Assembly (NCBI GenBank): GCA_016840165.1
Contig: JAEOSU010000099.1
Span: 1 to 35,963, forward strand
DNA length: 35,963 nt
From: Promethearchaeota archaeon
Lineage (GTDB): Archaea > Asgardarchaeota > Lokiarchaeia > Sigyniarchaeales > SOKP01
Reading direction: 5' to 3'
The notes under the pieces are model-generated. The model saw only the letters and a list, made by a program, of their open reading frames with translations. It did no database searches and had not been told where the DNA came from. Shown here in pieces: positions 9,683 to 17,969 of the stretch. The translations under genes and the position numbers were made by a program. Position 1 is the first letter of the stretch. The number at the start of each line of letters is the position of its first letter.

Positions 9683-9965
9683 AAAACCACCTTTTCTTGA
9701 TCTCTGATAATTTTTCTTATTTAAATTGATTGTTCCAATTTCTCGACAGCGATATTCCCTATCAAATTATCGAACTCTAATTAGGCGACAACTACAGAAT
9801 GTAAGTTATCATTACGTCTATTTTCAATAGAATAAAGATTCGCGGAATATATTCTTGTGCCTCTAATTTGTGCTATTTTTAACTTGTCTATTTAGGGATA
9901 TAACTTGATTATATTGGATGAGACTGAACCCCCACAAGGCTTTCGCCAATTTGTATCTTTTTCTA

Positions 9966-10073
9966 TTAAAGCAACTTTTTCTCAGATTTAGCAATGATTT
10001 GAGGGATGTTAATAAGCTCAAGGGGTTTAAAATTTACTTCAAGATCGATAGATTATTTATCATAATCATGCAT
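9966..10073 (-). pseudogene. Truncated cupin pseudogene (5' fragment)
   Basis: Translates MHDYDK*SIDLEVNFKPLELINIPQIIAKSEKKLL*, versus MHDYDKYSIDLEVKFKPLELINIPQIIASSDKEW for the intact gene. TAT>TAA at 10055-10053. Confidence 0.9.
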
Positions 10074-10076
10074 TTT
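9990..10076. repeat. Direct repeat A, copy 2
   Basis: 82/87 identical to 4836-4922. Confidence 0.95.
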
Positions 10077-10221
10077 CGTTCCCTTTTTTTAATTATTTCC
10101 TGACAAGCTACATTTTTACTTTAAAATGTAATTATTATTATAATATACTTAAAAATCTAAAAATATTAGATGAGTGAATCTTTATAAATTAAAGGTTATT
10201 GACTATTTTGGTGAAAGTATA

Positions 10222-11244
10222 TTGGAGCAAATAATCTCGCGTTGTGGAAATATCTGTTCTGAATGCCCCTGGTCCATGTTTATGCGAAAAAAAATTGCGA
10301 AAGAGGATTGGGAGTATTACGCTAAAGAAATTAAGAGTTATACTGGATATAAACCAGTTAAATACGAATGGGAGGGTTGTTTGGGGTGTTTAACACCAAC
10401 CGAGGAATTCCCGAGTCATCCTTTCTATAACTTTTTAAAAAAATGTCGCACAAGAAAATGTGCTGGCTACAATGAAGTTCCGAATTGTGCTTATTGTGGG
10501 AGATTTCCGTGTGCCAATACTGTAGCAAGGAATGATTATACCCAAGAAAAAGTTTCAGAAAAGTTAGGAAAAGAAATCAGCGATGATGAATATGAACGCT
10601 ATGTTCGAATGTTTGATGGCATGGGAAATTTAAAGAAAATTCGAAGTGGGTTAAGTCCTACTCAGATTAAGAATCCAAAACTCGTAAGTCATGAACCAGA
10701 AATAACTGAGTTAACTGGGGCTTTTGAAAATGATAACTTCAAACTTGTTTATGAGAAATTAGTTGAAATAGCTAACTCTAATCTAGGGATTAAGGGTGTT
10801 GATACTATATCAGGATTCGAATTATATAAAGAAAGGAAAGAATTCCTATGGAGATTTCTTTGGATTATTGGGTTATATGGTAAGATAGAAAATGATGAGC
10901 TAAGCATTGATAGTGCTACTCTCTATGAAAATCGAAAACCTTTATCTCTTCCTAAAAATGAAGAAGAATGGAAAGTTTTTCTTAATATTCTTTTAGAATT
11001 TGGAATAATAACTGAATTAGAGATCAAAACTGATAAGTTATATACACCTGGGGGTTATATGCGAGCGAAAATTCCTAAATCTAATGAACCTGCTTACAAT
11101 TTAAAAATAAAAACTAGTTCTGGACTTCAGAAATATCCTATTTTTAAAATACTAAATGAATTAATCACCAAATTGCTAGAAGATAGTGGAAAGCGAGCCT
11201 TTTCAAATTTTAAGAAATTAAATTTTAATTCTATTCTTCAATAA
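10222..11244 (+). CDS. DUF3795-like Cys-rich domain protein with a long C-terminal extension
   Basis: SRCGNICSECP...GCLGC...KCRTRKCA....PNCAYCGRFPC pattern. TTG at 10222 follows a GGTGA SD (ORF track starts at 10174). Confidence 0.75.
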   Translation: MEQIISRCGNICSECPWSMFMRKKIAKEDWEYYAKEIKSYTGYKPVKYEWEGCLGCLTPTEEFPSHPFYNFLKKCRTRKCAGYNEVPNCAYCGRFPCANTVARNDYTQEKVSEKLGKEISDDEYERYVRMFDGMGNLKKIRSGLSPTQIKNPKLVSHEPEITELTGAFENDNFKLVYEKLVEIANSNLGIKGVDTISGFELYKERKEFLWRFLWIIGLYGKIENDELSIDSATLYENRKPLSLPKNEEEWKVFLNILLEFGIITELEIKTDKLYTPGGYMRAKIPKSNEPAYNLKIKTSSGLQKYPIFKILNELITKLLEDSGKRAFSNFKKLNFNSILQ

Positions 11245-11356
11245 ATTAAACAAATAGCATTAGAATAGATAGATTATGCGCGATAAAAAAGAATGCTTTT
11301 AATTCAATGAGATTTTAATGTAAAATATTATTTGACAGAATGAGGAATTTTATGCT

Positions 11357-11593
11357 ATGTTTCAAATAGAAGAGGCACCCACAAGTACCACTAAGTGTGA
11401 TTGGTGTGGAGACCTTATTAAAAAAAGCACGCTTAGGCTTAGATTTGCCCCAAAAAAAGGTTATAATTATTATTGGCATCAAGATTGCGGGATAAAATAT
11501 TTGGAGGGTCTAAAAATTTTGCTACAAAATGGCGAAAAAGGTCATATTGGTCGAGCAGAAGCAGATAAAGCTCGCAAAGATGCGGGGTTATAA
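11357..11593 (+). CDS. Small stand-alone PARP-type (zf-PARP-like) zinc finger protein
   Basis: FQIEEAPTSTTKCDWCGDLIKKSTLRL...YWHQDC gives C14-x2-C17-x23-H41-x2-C44. GAGGA SD upstream. Confidence 0.7.
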   Translation: MFQIEEAPTSTTKCDWCGDLIKKSTLRLRFAPKKGYNYYWHQDCGIKYLEGLKILLQNGEKGHIGRAEADKARKDAGL

Positions 11594-11695
11594 ATTAGTG
11601 GTTTTACTAGTCTTTACCCTTACATAATAATATCATTACTCTTTAATATCAATCTTAAATTATTTCTTCTCAATCATTATTTGGTGAAACTTTAA

Positions 11696-12271
11696 ATGGA
11701 TGTAGAAAAAGTTATTTATGAAAGAAGAACAATACGTAGATTTAAACAACAGAGCATTCCCTTAGAAACGCTGAAGAAGCTAGTTGATTTTGCTCGAGTC
11801 GCTCCATCTGGCAATAATGTTCAAGCTATAGAATATATTATAGTTCATAAGCCAGAAGTCAGGGAACAATTATTCCCTTTATTAAAGTGGGCGAGATCAC
11901 TTCCAAGAGCAGAAAGAACTCCTGAAGCCGGAAGGACGCCGACAGCGTATATTATTATCCTTTTAAATATAAATATCAAGAAGAGCTACTATGAATTTGA
12001 TATAGGTGCTTCAGTGGAGAATATTCTTTTAGGAGCAGTGAAGTTTGGTTTAGGTACATGCTGGATGGGCTCAATTAATGCTAATAAAATTAGAGCTCTT
12101 CTTGAAATACCAGAATTTTATCAAATTACACATGTGATAAGTTTGGGTTACCCTGACGAAGAATCTGTTATGGAACCATATGAGGACTCCTTTAACTATT
12201 GGAAGGACGATAATGGAGTTATGCATGTTCCAAAAAGGAATGTAGATGATATAATATTTAAAATCTCTTAA
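11696..12271 (+). CDS. Nitroreductase family protein
   Basis: RRTIRRF, ARVAPSGNNVQ, DIGASVENILLGAVKFGLGTCW and ISLGYP motifs. GGTGA SD. Confidence 0.92.
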   Translation: MDVEKVIYERRTIRRFKQQSIPLETLKKLVDFARVAPSGNNVQAIEYIIVHKPEVREQLFPLLKWARSLPRAERTPEAGRTPTAYIIILLNINIKKSYYEFDIGASVENILLGAVKFGLGTCWMGSINANKIRALLEIPEFYQITHVISLGYPDEESVMEPYEDSFNYWKDDNGVMHVPKRNVDDIIFKIS

Positions 12272-12323
12272 AACACAACTTCCTTATTTTTTTATTGCTA
12301 TTGGGAAGTATAATGTTTTTCTT

Positions 12324-12980
12324 TTAGAATGGAAAAAATAATAGCCATCCACCTAAGAGTAATTCAAAAAGTAAAACTAATCCCCCTCCAATATTCCAGA
12401 GGACTTTAAAATTAGGTTTTATATGGAATATAACATTACCGAAGCCATAGAGAACGCTAGCAACAATTCCAAACCATCCTATGAATATTGGTATAATTTC
12501 ATAGAGAGCAAATAGGATTGAATATGCGAACGTACCAACAGAGAATAAGATTTGTGCAAATGAGAATCTATAGCTTTTTATTTTGAGTATATTACGGCTT
12601 AAATCAACTAATGAATTTTTTTCAGTACCATTTGTATCTGAGTATCTTAGTGCTATATTGAGAAGTCCCCAGTAACTTCTCTTATCATAAATTTGGATCA
12701 AGCCTTCTCCTATGCGAGAGATGCACCAGATGATTCCAAGTATTATATTATATGATCCAAAAGTAAAAAGCAATGTTACAGCAAGAGAGATTATGCTAAA
12801 GTGCTCGATGAGGATTATTACGATACCAGTTTTAAACTTTCTTGGCTCTTTATTAATCTTTTGCAGTTTAGCTTCTGGATCCTCATCTCCAATTGTTTTA
12901 TATTCAAAAAAGTTACTTAGAATGTTTGTAATTATGATGAATAGAAATAAAAAACCAGATAATCGTATTCCGATAATCAA
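12324..12980 (-). CDS. DUF4386-like membrane protein
   Basis: RLSGFLFL, SRIGEG, IPIFIGWFG and FELLLGGWLL pattern in a multi-TM protein. TTG start after GAGGA. Confidence 0.65.
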   Translation of the reverse strand: MIIGIRLSGFLFLFIIITNILSNFFEYKTIGDEDPEAKLQKINKEPRKFKTGIVIILIEHFSIISLAVTLLFTFGSYNIILGIIWCISRIGEGLIQIYDKRSYWGLLNIALRYSDTNGTEKNSLVDLSRNILKIKSYRFSFAQILFSVGTFAYSILFALYEIIPIFIGWFGIVASVLYGFGNVIFHIKPNFKVLWNIGGGLVLLFELLLGGWLLFFPF

Positions 12981-13022
12981 TAGGAATCCTCTAATTATTT
13001 TTTATATAGTTAATGATGCCAA

Positions 13023-13107
13023 TCTATTTAAAATTTAGATTTAAGGATCCAACTGATCTAAAATGATAAATAATTTAAATATTTAAAAAAAGCGGATTTT
13101 TTAGTAG
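13023..13107. repeat. Direct repeat B, copy 2 (upstream region of the DUF4386-like gene)
   Basis: 74/85 identical to 9264-9348. Contains TTTAAATA TATA-like boxes on the minus strand. Confidence 0.92.
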
Positions 13108-13214
13108 TCCACCTTTCAATTGACATACAATTGAAATTAAATCAGTATCTTTATAACCGATTTTGTATGAATAATTATAAAAATCATTTTTTAACGAATA
13201 TAATCTGAATTAAT

Positions 13215-14075
13215 ATGACGGAAATAGGGATTGAACCGACTTATGTCGGAACAAATGAAAATCTCGTGTTTATTGTTCCAAAAGAACTTTTTTCGATGAG
13301 TGCGGGTCCAGCTGAAGTTATTGACAGGGAAACGGCTAAAATATTTAGCAAATATATAAGAGGCACATTTAAGGGGTTTCAAGAAGCAAGAAAAACTAAG
13401 TATAACAATGAGAATAACACAAAAACAAAGGTTTCTCCAAACTTTTGGAATGAGTTTGAGAAAAGAGCGAAAGAACTTGATGTTGATTTTATTGCATACG
13501 TCCCAGTTAATGAAAATTATATATTTAAAGATTTAAAAGTTTATGGAAAGAATGCCATTATACTTGGAATGGAGATGAAATGGGATAAGATTAAAACCGC
13601 GCCGAGTGCTACATGTGAAATCGAAGTATTTAGAGTTTATAAGGTACTAGGAGATGTGACTATACAATTAACTGAATATCTAAAAGAACAAGGCTATAAG
13701 AGTGAAGCACATCATCCATTTGGGGGGAAATTATTGTATGGACCACTTGTAGTTGCTGCTGGTTTAGGTGTGATGGGGAGAAATGGGCTTATAATTACTC
13801 CTGAATTTGGTCCACGACAACGGTGGAGTATCATAACCACTGATGCAGAAATCCCTGAAAGTCCAAAACGAAGCTTAAATGAATTAGAAGAATTTTGTAA
13901 AAGTTGTGGATTATGTGTAGAAAAATGTAAAGGTAAAGCTGTTCATAAGGAACCCATCCATAAAGAAAAAGGAATTATTACCCATATAAACCGTTCAAAA
14001 TGCATAGCTAGTATTCTAGATAATAATTACTGTTCCTATTGCCTAAGGATTTGTCCTCAGGGCGAAAGAAATTGA
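13215..14075 (+). CDS. Reductive dehalogenase/epoxyqueuosine reductase-like cobalamin, 2x[4Fe-4S] protein
   Basis: AAGLGVMGRNGLIITPEFGPRQR..IITTDA, CKSCGLCVEKC (Cx2Cx2Cx3C) and Cx9Cx2Cx3CP. No TAT signal. Confidence 0.8.
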   Translation: MTEIGIEPTYVGTNENLVFIVPKELFSMSAGPAEVIDRETAKIFSKYIRGTFKGFQEARKTKYNNENNTKTKVSPNFWNEFEKRAKELDVDFIAYVPVNENYIFKDLKVYGKNAIILGMEMKWDKIKTAPSATCEIEVFRVYKVLGDVTIQLTEYLKEQGYKSEAHHPFGGKLLYGPLVVAAGLGVMGRNGLIITPEFGPRQRWSIITTDAEIPESPKRSLNELEEFCKSCGLCVEKCKGKAVHKEPIHKEKGIITHINRSKCIASILDNNYCSYCLRICPQGERN

Positions 14076-14256
14076 GAAAAATCTATTAATTATTACTGAA
14101 AAAAATAACAACTATGAAAGACTTAGTGAAGGAAGTTAAGCAAACTATAATCTATATCTAATAGGACAGAAAAGTTTTTTTTCTGAATTTTTTTTAAAAA
14201 GAAAAAGATATTTAAAATTATATGATTTAGTAGCTATATCATAGAATTTTCTTAAT

Positions 14257-14715
14257 TTATTCAGCACCTCTGAAAAAACTTTTATAGCTTATAACTTCTC
14301 CTACTATTTGAACGAACAGAAATATAAATAAGATTATTATATCAATATCTATTCCCATTACACTGATGCTTAAAAGTATAAGAGGCACAACAAAACCAAA
14401 AGTTGCTATTAGTGTAGCGATCCAAGCCCACTTTTCTTTTTTTCGGAAGCCAAAGTTAAGGATAAATAGGTATGCAATTCCTAGGTTAATATCGGCAATT
14501 CCTACTACCCTTAGCTCATAACTAAGTATAATCATTATTTCGGGATCAAAGGCATTTATTTCAGCTTCAGTTTTTCCGATGTAAGTTAAAGCGCCAGTAA
14601 TAGCTGGACTTCCAGTAATTAAATAGAGAATACCGTATATTAACAAAACAATAACTGTTATAAAAAGCAAAATCGTACCAATACTAAATAATTTGTCTTG
14701 TTCCATTTTTTTCAC
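14257..14715 (-). CDS. Hypothetical 4-TM membrane protein
   Basis: Four hydrophobic segments and a GFRKKEKWAW motif. GGTGA overlaps the GTG, so the start may be the ATG at 14706. Confidence 0.7.
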   Translation of the reverse strand: MKKMEQDKLFSIGTILLFITVIVLLIYGILYLITGSPAITGALTYIGKTEAEINAFDPEIMIILSYELRVVGIADINLGIAYLFILNFGFRKKEKWAWIATLIATFGFVVPLILLSISVMGIDIDIIILFIFLFVQIVGEVISYKSFFRGAE

Positions 14716-14924
14716 CTATATTAAATAAATTTTGGTAAGTATAAATCCGGTCTTATGAAAAAGGAATATTGATTAATATTTAACATTTTTGTCAAATTTA
14801 GAAAGAACGGCTGAAAATACGTTTTATTTACAGAGTTATTGAACTACAGTAAATTCTCCCTAAAACTAATAAATCTAAAATCAAACGTTTAAAAAGGTAG
14901 TTCAGCATGGTTCATTGAAGCATT

Positions 14925-15071
14925 ATGAAACGATGGAAAAGAAGATTAAAAAAAAACGGACATAATCGTCAAATTGTTGATGAGGATGATGAATTTCTTA
15001 TTTTGAGTGGGTGTTGTTTTTTCCATGATCAAACGGAATTGAACGAATTTGCTGATATTGATGATGATTAG
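14925..15071 (+). CDS. Possible 48-aa small protein (not in ORF track)
   Basis: MKRWKRRLKKNGHNRQIVDEDDEFLILSGCCFFHDQTELNEFADIDDD*. TATA-like TTTAAAAA lies about 37 bp upstream, and the ORF fills an otherwise empty gap. Confidence 0.4.
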   Translation: MKRWKRRLKKNGHNRQIVDEDDEFLILSGCCFFHDQTELNEFADIDDD

Positions 15072-15192
15072 TCTTTATTGAATTAAGTCTAAAAATAAAG
15101 ATTTTTTAATTTATTTGGCTGGTACTTCTCAAATTTAACTGGATCCAATAAAAAAAATAAAAAACAAATACCAACTCTAAAATGATTACTTG

Positions 15193-15507
15193 TTATTTTG
15201 AACCTGGGCTAGGCGAAGACATTAAATCAAACAGTGATTCGGAAGTTATTACAGAATCGCAATTTGAACAAGAGTGGAACACAACAGGTATGGCTCCAAT
15301 TTTATCTAAATAGCGGTCAACAAATTTTAAACTAAATTTTGCCATCGATTTTAGCATCGATCCCCCAAATGGGACAACTTCCGCTTGGATTTCTATGAAA
15401 CTTTCATAGCTTTTCATTATATCATCCTTAAACTTATCACTAATAGGAGTTGGCTTTATTTCAAGTTTTAAACTGAGTTCCTGATTACAATACGGGCATT
15501 TTGGCAA
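15193..15507 (-). CDS. Hypothetical zinc-ribbon protein (split CxxC pairs)
   Basis: PKCPYC at the N-terminus and HSCSNC near the C-terminus, with a helical insert between. TTG start. Confidence 0.7.
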   Translation of the reverse strand: MPKCPYCNQELSLKLEIKPTPISDKFKDDIMKSYESFIEIQAEVVPFGGSMLKSMAKFSLKFVDRYLDKIGAIPVVFHSCSNCDSVITSESLFDLMSSPSPGSK

Positions 15508-15626
15508 TCAAAATCACATTTTTCTTATTTTAATTACGGAATTTATATGATAATTATACATTTTATTTAAAGGATAGAACAAACTCATTAATAAAAGAGT
15601 AAATAAAAAAAAATAATTAGATTTAA

Positions 15627-16097
15627 TTAAGTAGTTAAAGTCTGAACATAGAGGGCACAATCATAAACTACGGACCCAGAATCATCGGTATCTTCCCAAA
15701 CTGTAATCACATGAGTTCCTGCTGCTACTGTGGCGTTAAAATACTGGATAGATATTGGAAAGTACTCATAACCACCAACACTTTCTCGAGTCACCTTATC
15801 ATAACCAGTTGTACTAATACCGTCGATTTGGATATAAAATTCATCAAGCAAACCTTCACATTTTAAGGTACATGTGAATGACACATACAAAATTTCACCA
15901 GTATTTATTGTCATAGATATTGATAAACCATTAAGATTTGCACCACTAACGCTCAAACTAGAATAATCTATATAATCGTACCAACTGTTTTTAACAGGTA
16001 CTTGTGCCACGCTAAACCAAGAAAGAACTCCAAAAGCCAATCCACCAGCACCTAAAAGTATTCCAATAATTCCTAATACGGCTCCACTTTTTGCCAT
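15627..16097 (-). CDS. Membrane-anchored beta-sandwich surface protein
   Basis: N-terminal TM AVLGIIGILLGAGGLAFGVLSW, followed by an all-beta-looking domain (ILYVSF, IQIDG, AGTHVITV). GGTGA SD. Confidence 0.7.
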   Translation of the reverse strand: MAKSGAVLGIIGILLGAGGLAFGVLSWFSVAQVPVKNSWYDYIDYSSLSVSGANLNGLSISMTINTGEILYVSFTCTLKCEGLLDEFYIQIDGISTTGYDKVTRESVGGYEYFPISIQYFNATVAAGTHVITVWEDTDDSGSVVYDCALYVQTLTT

Positions 16098-16346
16098 TTA
16101 ATCTCACCCATCTGTTATTAATTTTTTTCTAAAATTGGATTGCTTATTTCTAATTTAAATCCTTCTTTCTTATAAATATAACTAACTGGAACTAATCTTT
16201 CATACTTGATTAGATCTCATTTTTTTGTTATTCAATTTTAATCCTTGAGAATTTAAAGGAGAGGTTTAAATAGCTGTTTTCTAAATATTAATTGAAAACA
16301 TTAATTATTTGCCTTACCCATCTTAAATCGCAGAATGTTTTCATCC

Positions 16347-16370
16347 GGAAGTAAGGAATCCCTTACTTCC
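16347..16370. repeat. Perfect 10-bp inverted repeat (hairpin) in a divergent intergenic region
   Basis: GGAAGTAAGG-AATC-CCTTACTTCC. Confidence 0.85.
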
Positions 16371-16521
16371 ATCTTCTTATGATCCTATATGGCTTCAAAT
16401 TATAAATTTCACTCATAATTGATAGATTATATTACAAAGAAATAAATTAGTGAAAAGTTTTTTAATACTTAAAAAGAATTATATAGCGAATCGAATAAAA
16501 TAATATATTCTAAAAACATCT

Positions 16522-17952
16522 ATGAGTGTTGATCAGCAGTTTAATTCGGTTTTACAGAAAATAAAGGAGATATATCAATTTTTAACTAAAGGTGATCCGT
16601 CTCCTGATGATGAAATTGAAGCCAGAGAGCAGTTGCTTACCTCTTTCAATAGTTTAAAAACTATAAATCCTTCCTCAAATCTTATAGGCAAAATTGATGA
16701 AATACTTGAAGATTTACGTAATTGGGATTCACTTGAGTTATGGTTTTCAGAAACTACACTACCGAGAGCAATATCGGATATTTTAGGTCTTCCAGAGAAA
16801 TTCTCCATAGAAGATGGTAAATTGAGTGATGAAGAAACTGTTGGTATTAAAGAAGAGAAAGTTTCTGAACCAGAAATCGATTTAACTGATATTTTTAATA
16901 AAGTATCCGATCAATTTAAGGGTGAGATTGATAATCTTAAGGGAAAAATCGAAGAACTTAAAGAAGAGTTAGAGAAAAAAGATGCATCCTTAAAATCGAT
17001 TCGAGAAACAAAAAAAGTGAAAAAAATTATACCGAAGAGAGAAGTGAAGCTTCCTCCACCTAAAATTAGAATTCCTGTCATTAAAAAATCGATTTCACCA
17101 CCTTCAACAACTCAATCGATAAAAACTGAAACAAAATCCGAATCAGAGCTACAAAAACCAAAAGAAACGGAACTTAAAGTAGAAGATGCTAAAGTTAACA
17201 TTCAAAATCAGATGTTAAGCCCTATCCCAACGAAGTCATTATCGAATGATACTAAGGAGAAGGTACCAGAATTAATGCCTATTCCTATAGAAGAAGTAAA
17301 ATCAAAAACAGTGAAAATTCCCTTACCTGAGGATAAACCTGTTAAGACCGAGAAAAGACGGTTAGTTCCTATTGTCACTGAAGCGGATTCAATTGTTTCT
17401 GAACCATCAAAAGTGCCTGTGGAACCAGAAAAGCCAGCAGTAATAGATACGCCTTTTATTTCCTCGGTTAAGGTGGAAGAAGTTGAATCAGAAGAAATAA
17501 AATCGACTGGAATGGATTTATTTAACGTATTTTCATCAGTAGGGAAAGAAGAATCAAAACATGGTGAACCAAAGAAAAAGTCAGAAACTATCCTGAATAA
17601 TCCTCCACCTAAAATGGTAGAAACTGATAAAAAAGCAAATGACACCCCAAAAGCAACTACATTTGTTAATTTTGGAAGTACTCCCCGCACTGAATCAACA
17701 TCTAAGTCAACTCAGCAGTATACTTCTGGAGAAGAACTCTCAGATAATAAAGATACATTATATCAGGAATTAATTGCACTTGAAGGACGAAGATACTCTT
17801 TAGAGAAAAGTTTTAAAGAACTGGATACACTTTACAATAAAGGGTCAATTGCAAATTCTAAATATAAAGATGAAAGCGATAATCTTAAGTCTAAGTTAGG
17901 CGAAATAACTTCAAGAATTTATAAGATTAGACGAATCATCTCAAGTTTATAA
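16522..17952 (+). CDS. Hypothetical scaffold-like protein: helical N-domain, coiled coil, long P/E/K/S/T-rich disordered linker, C-terminal helical hairpin
   Basis: Heptads FKGEIDNLKGKIEELKEELEKKDASL, KLPPPKIRIP, and C-terminal LYQELIALEGRRYSLEK...LYNKGSI...Y...L. Confidence 0.8.
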   Translation: MSVDQQFNSVLQKIKEIYQFLTKGDPSPDDEIEAREQLLTSFNSLKTINPSSNLIGKIDEILEDLRNWDSLELWFSETTLPRAISDILGLPEKFSIEDGKLSDEETVGIKEEKVSEPEIDLTDIFNKVSDQFKGEIDNLKGKIEELKEELEKKDASLKSIRETKKVKKIIPKREVKLPPPKIRIPVIKKSISPPSTTQSIKTETKSESELQKPKETELKVEDAKVNIQNQMLSPIPTKSLSNDTKEKVPELMPIPIEEVKSKTVKIPLPEDKPVKTEKRRLVPIVTEADSIVSEPSKVPVEPEKPAVIDTPFISSVKVEEVESEEIKSTGMDLFNVFSSVGKEESKHGEPKKKSETILNNPPPKMVETDKKANDTPKATTFVNFGSTPRTESTSKSTQQYTSGEELSDNKDTLYQELIALEGRRYSLEKSFKELDTLYNKGSIANSKYKDESDNLKSKLGEITSRIYKIRRIISSL

Positions 17953-17969
17953 TTTAACTAACTAATATT

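Noticed and set aside
4836-10076. Autonomous integrative element or provirus bounded by repeat A
   Set aside because: There are no integrase, transposase, replication or virion genes. Kept only as a recombination/cassette hypothesis.
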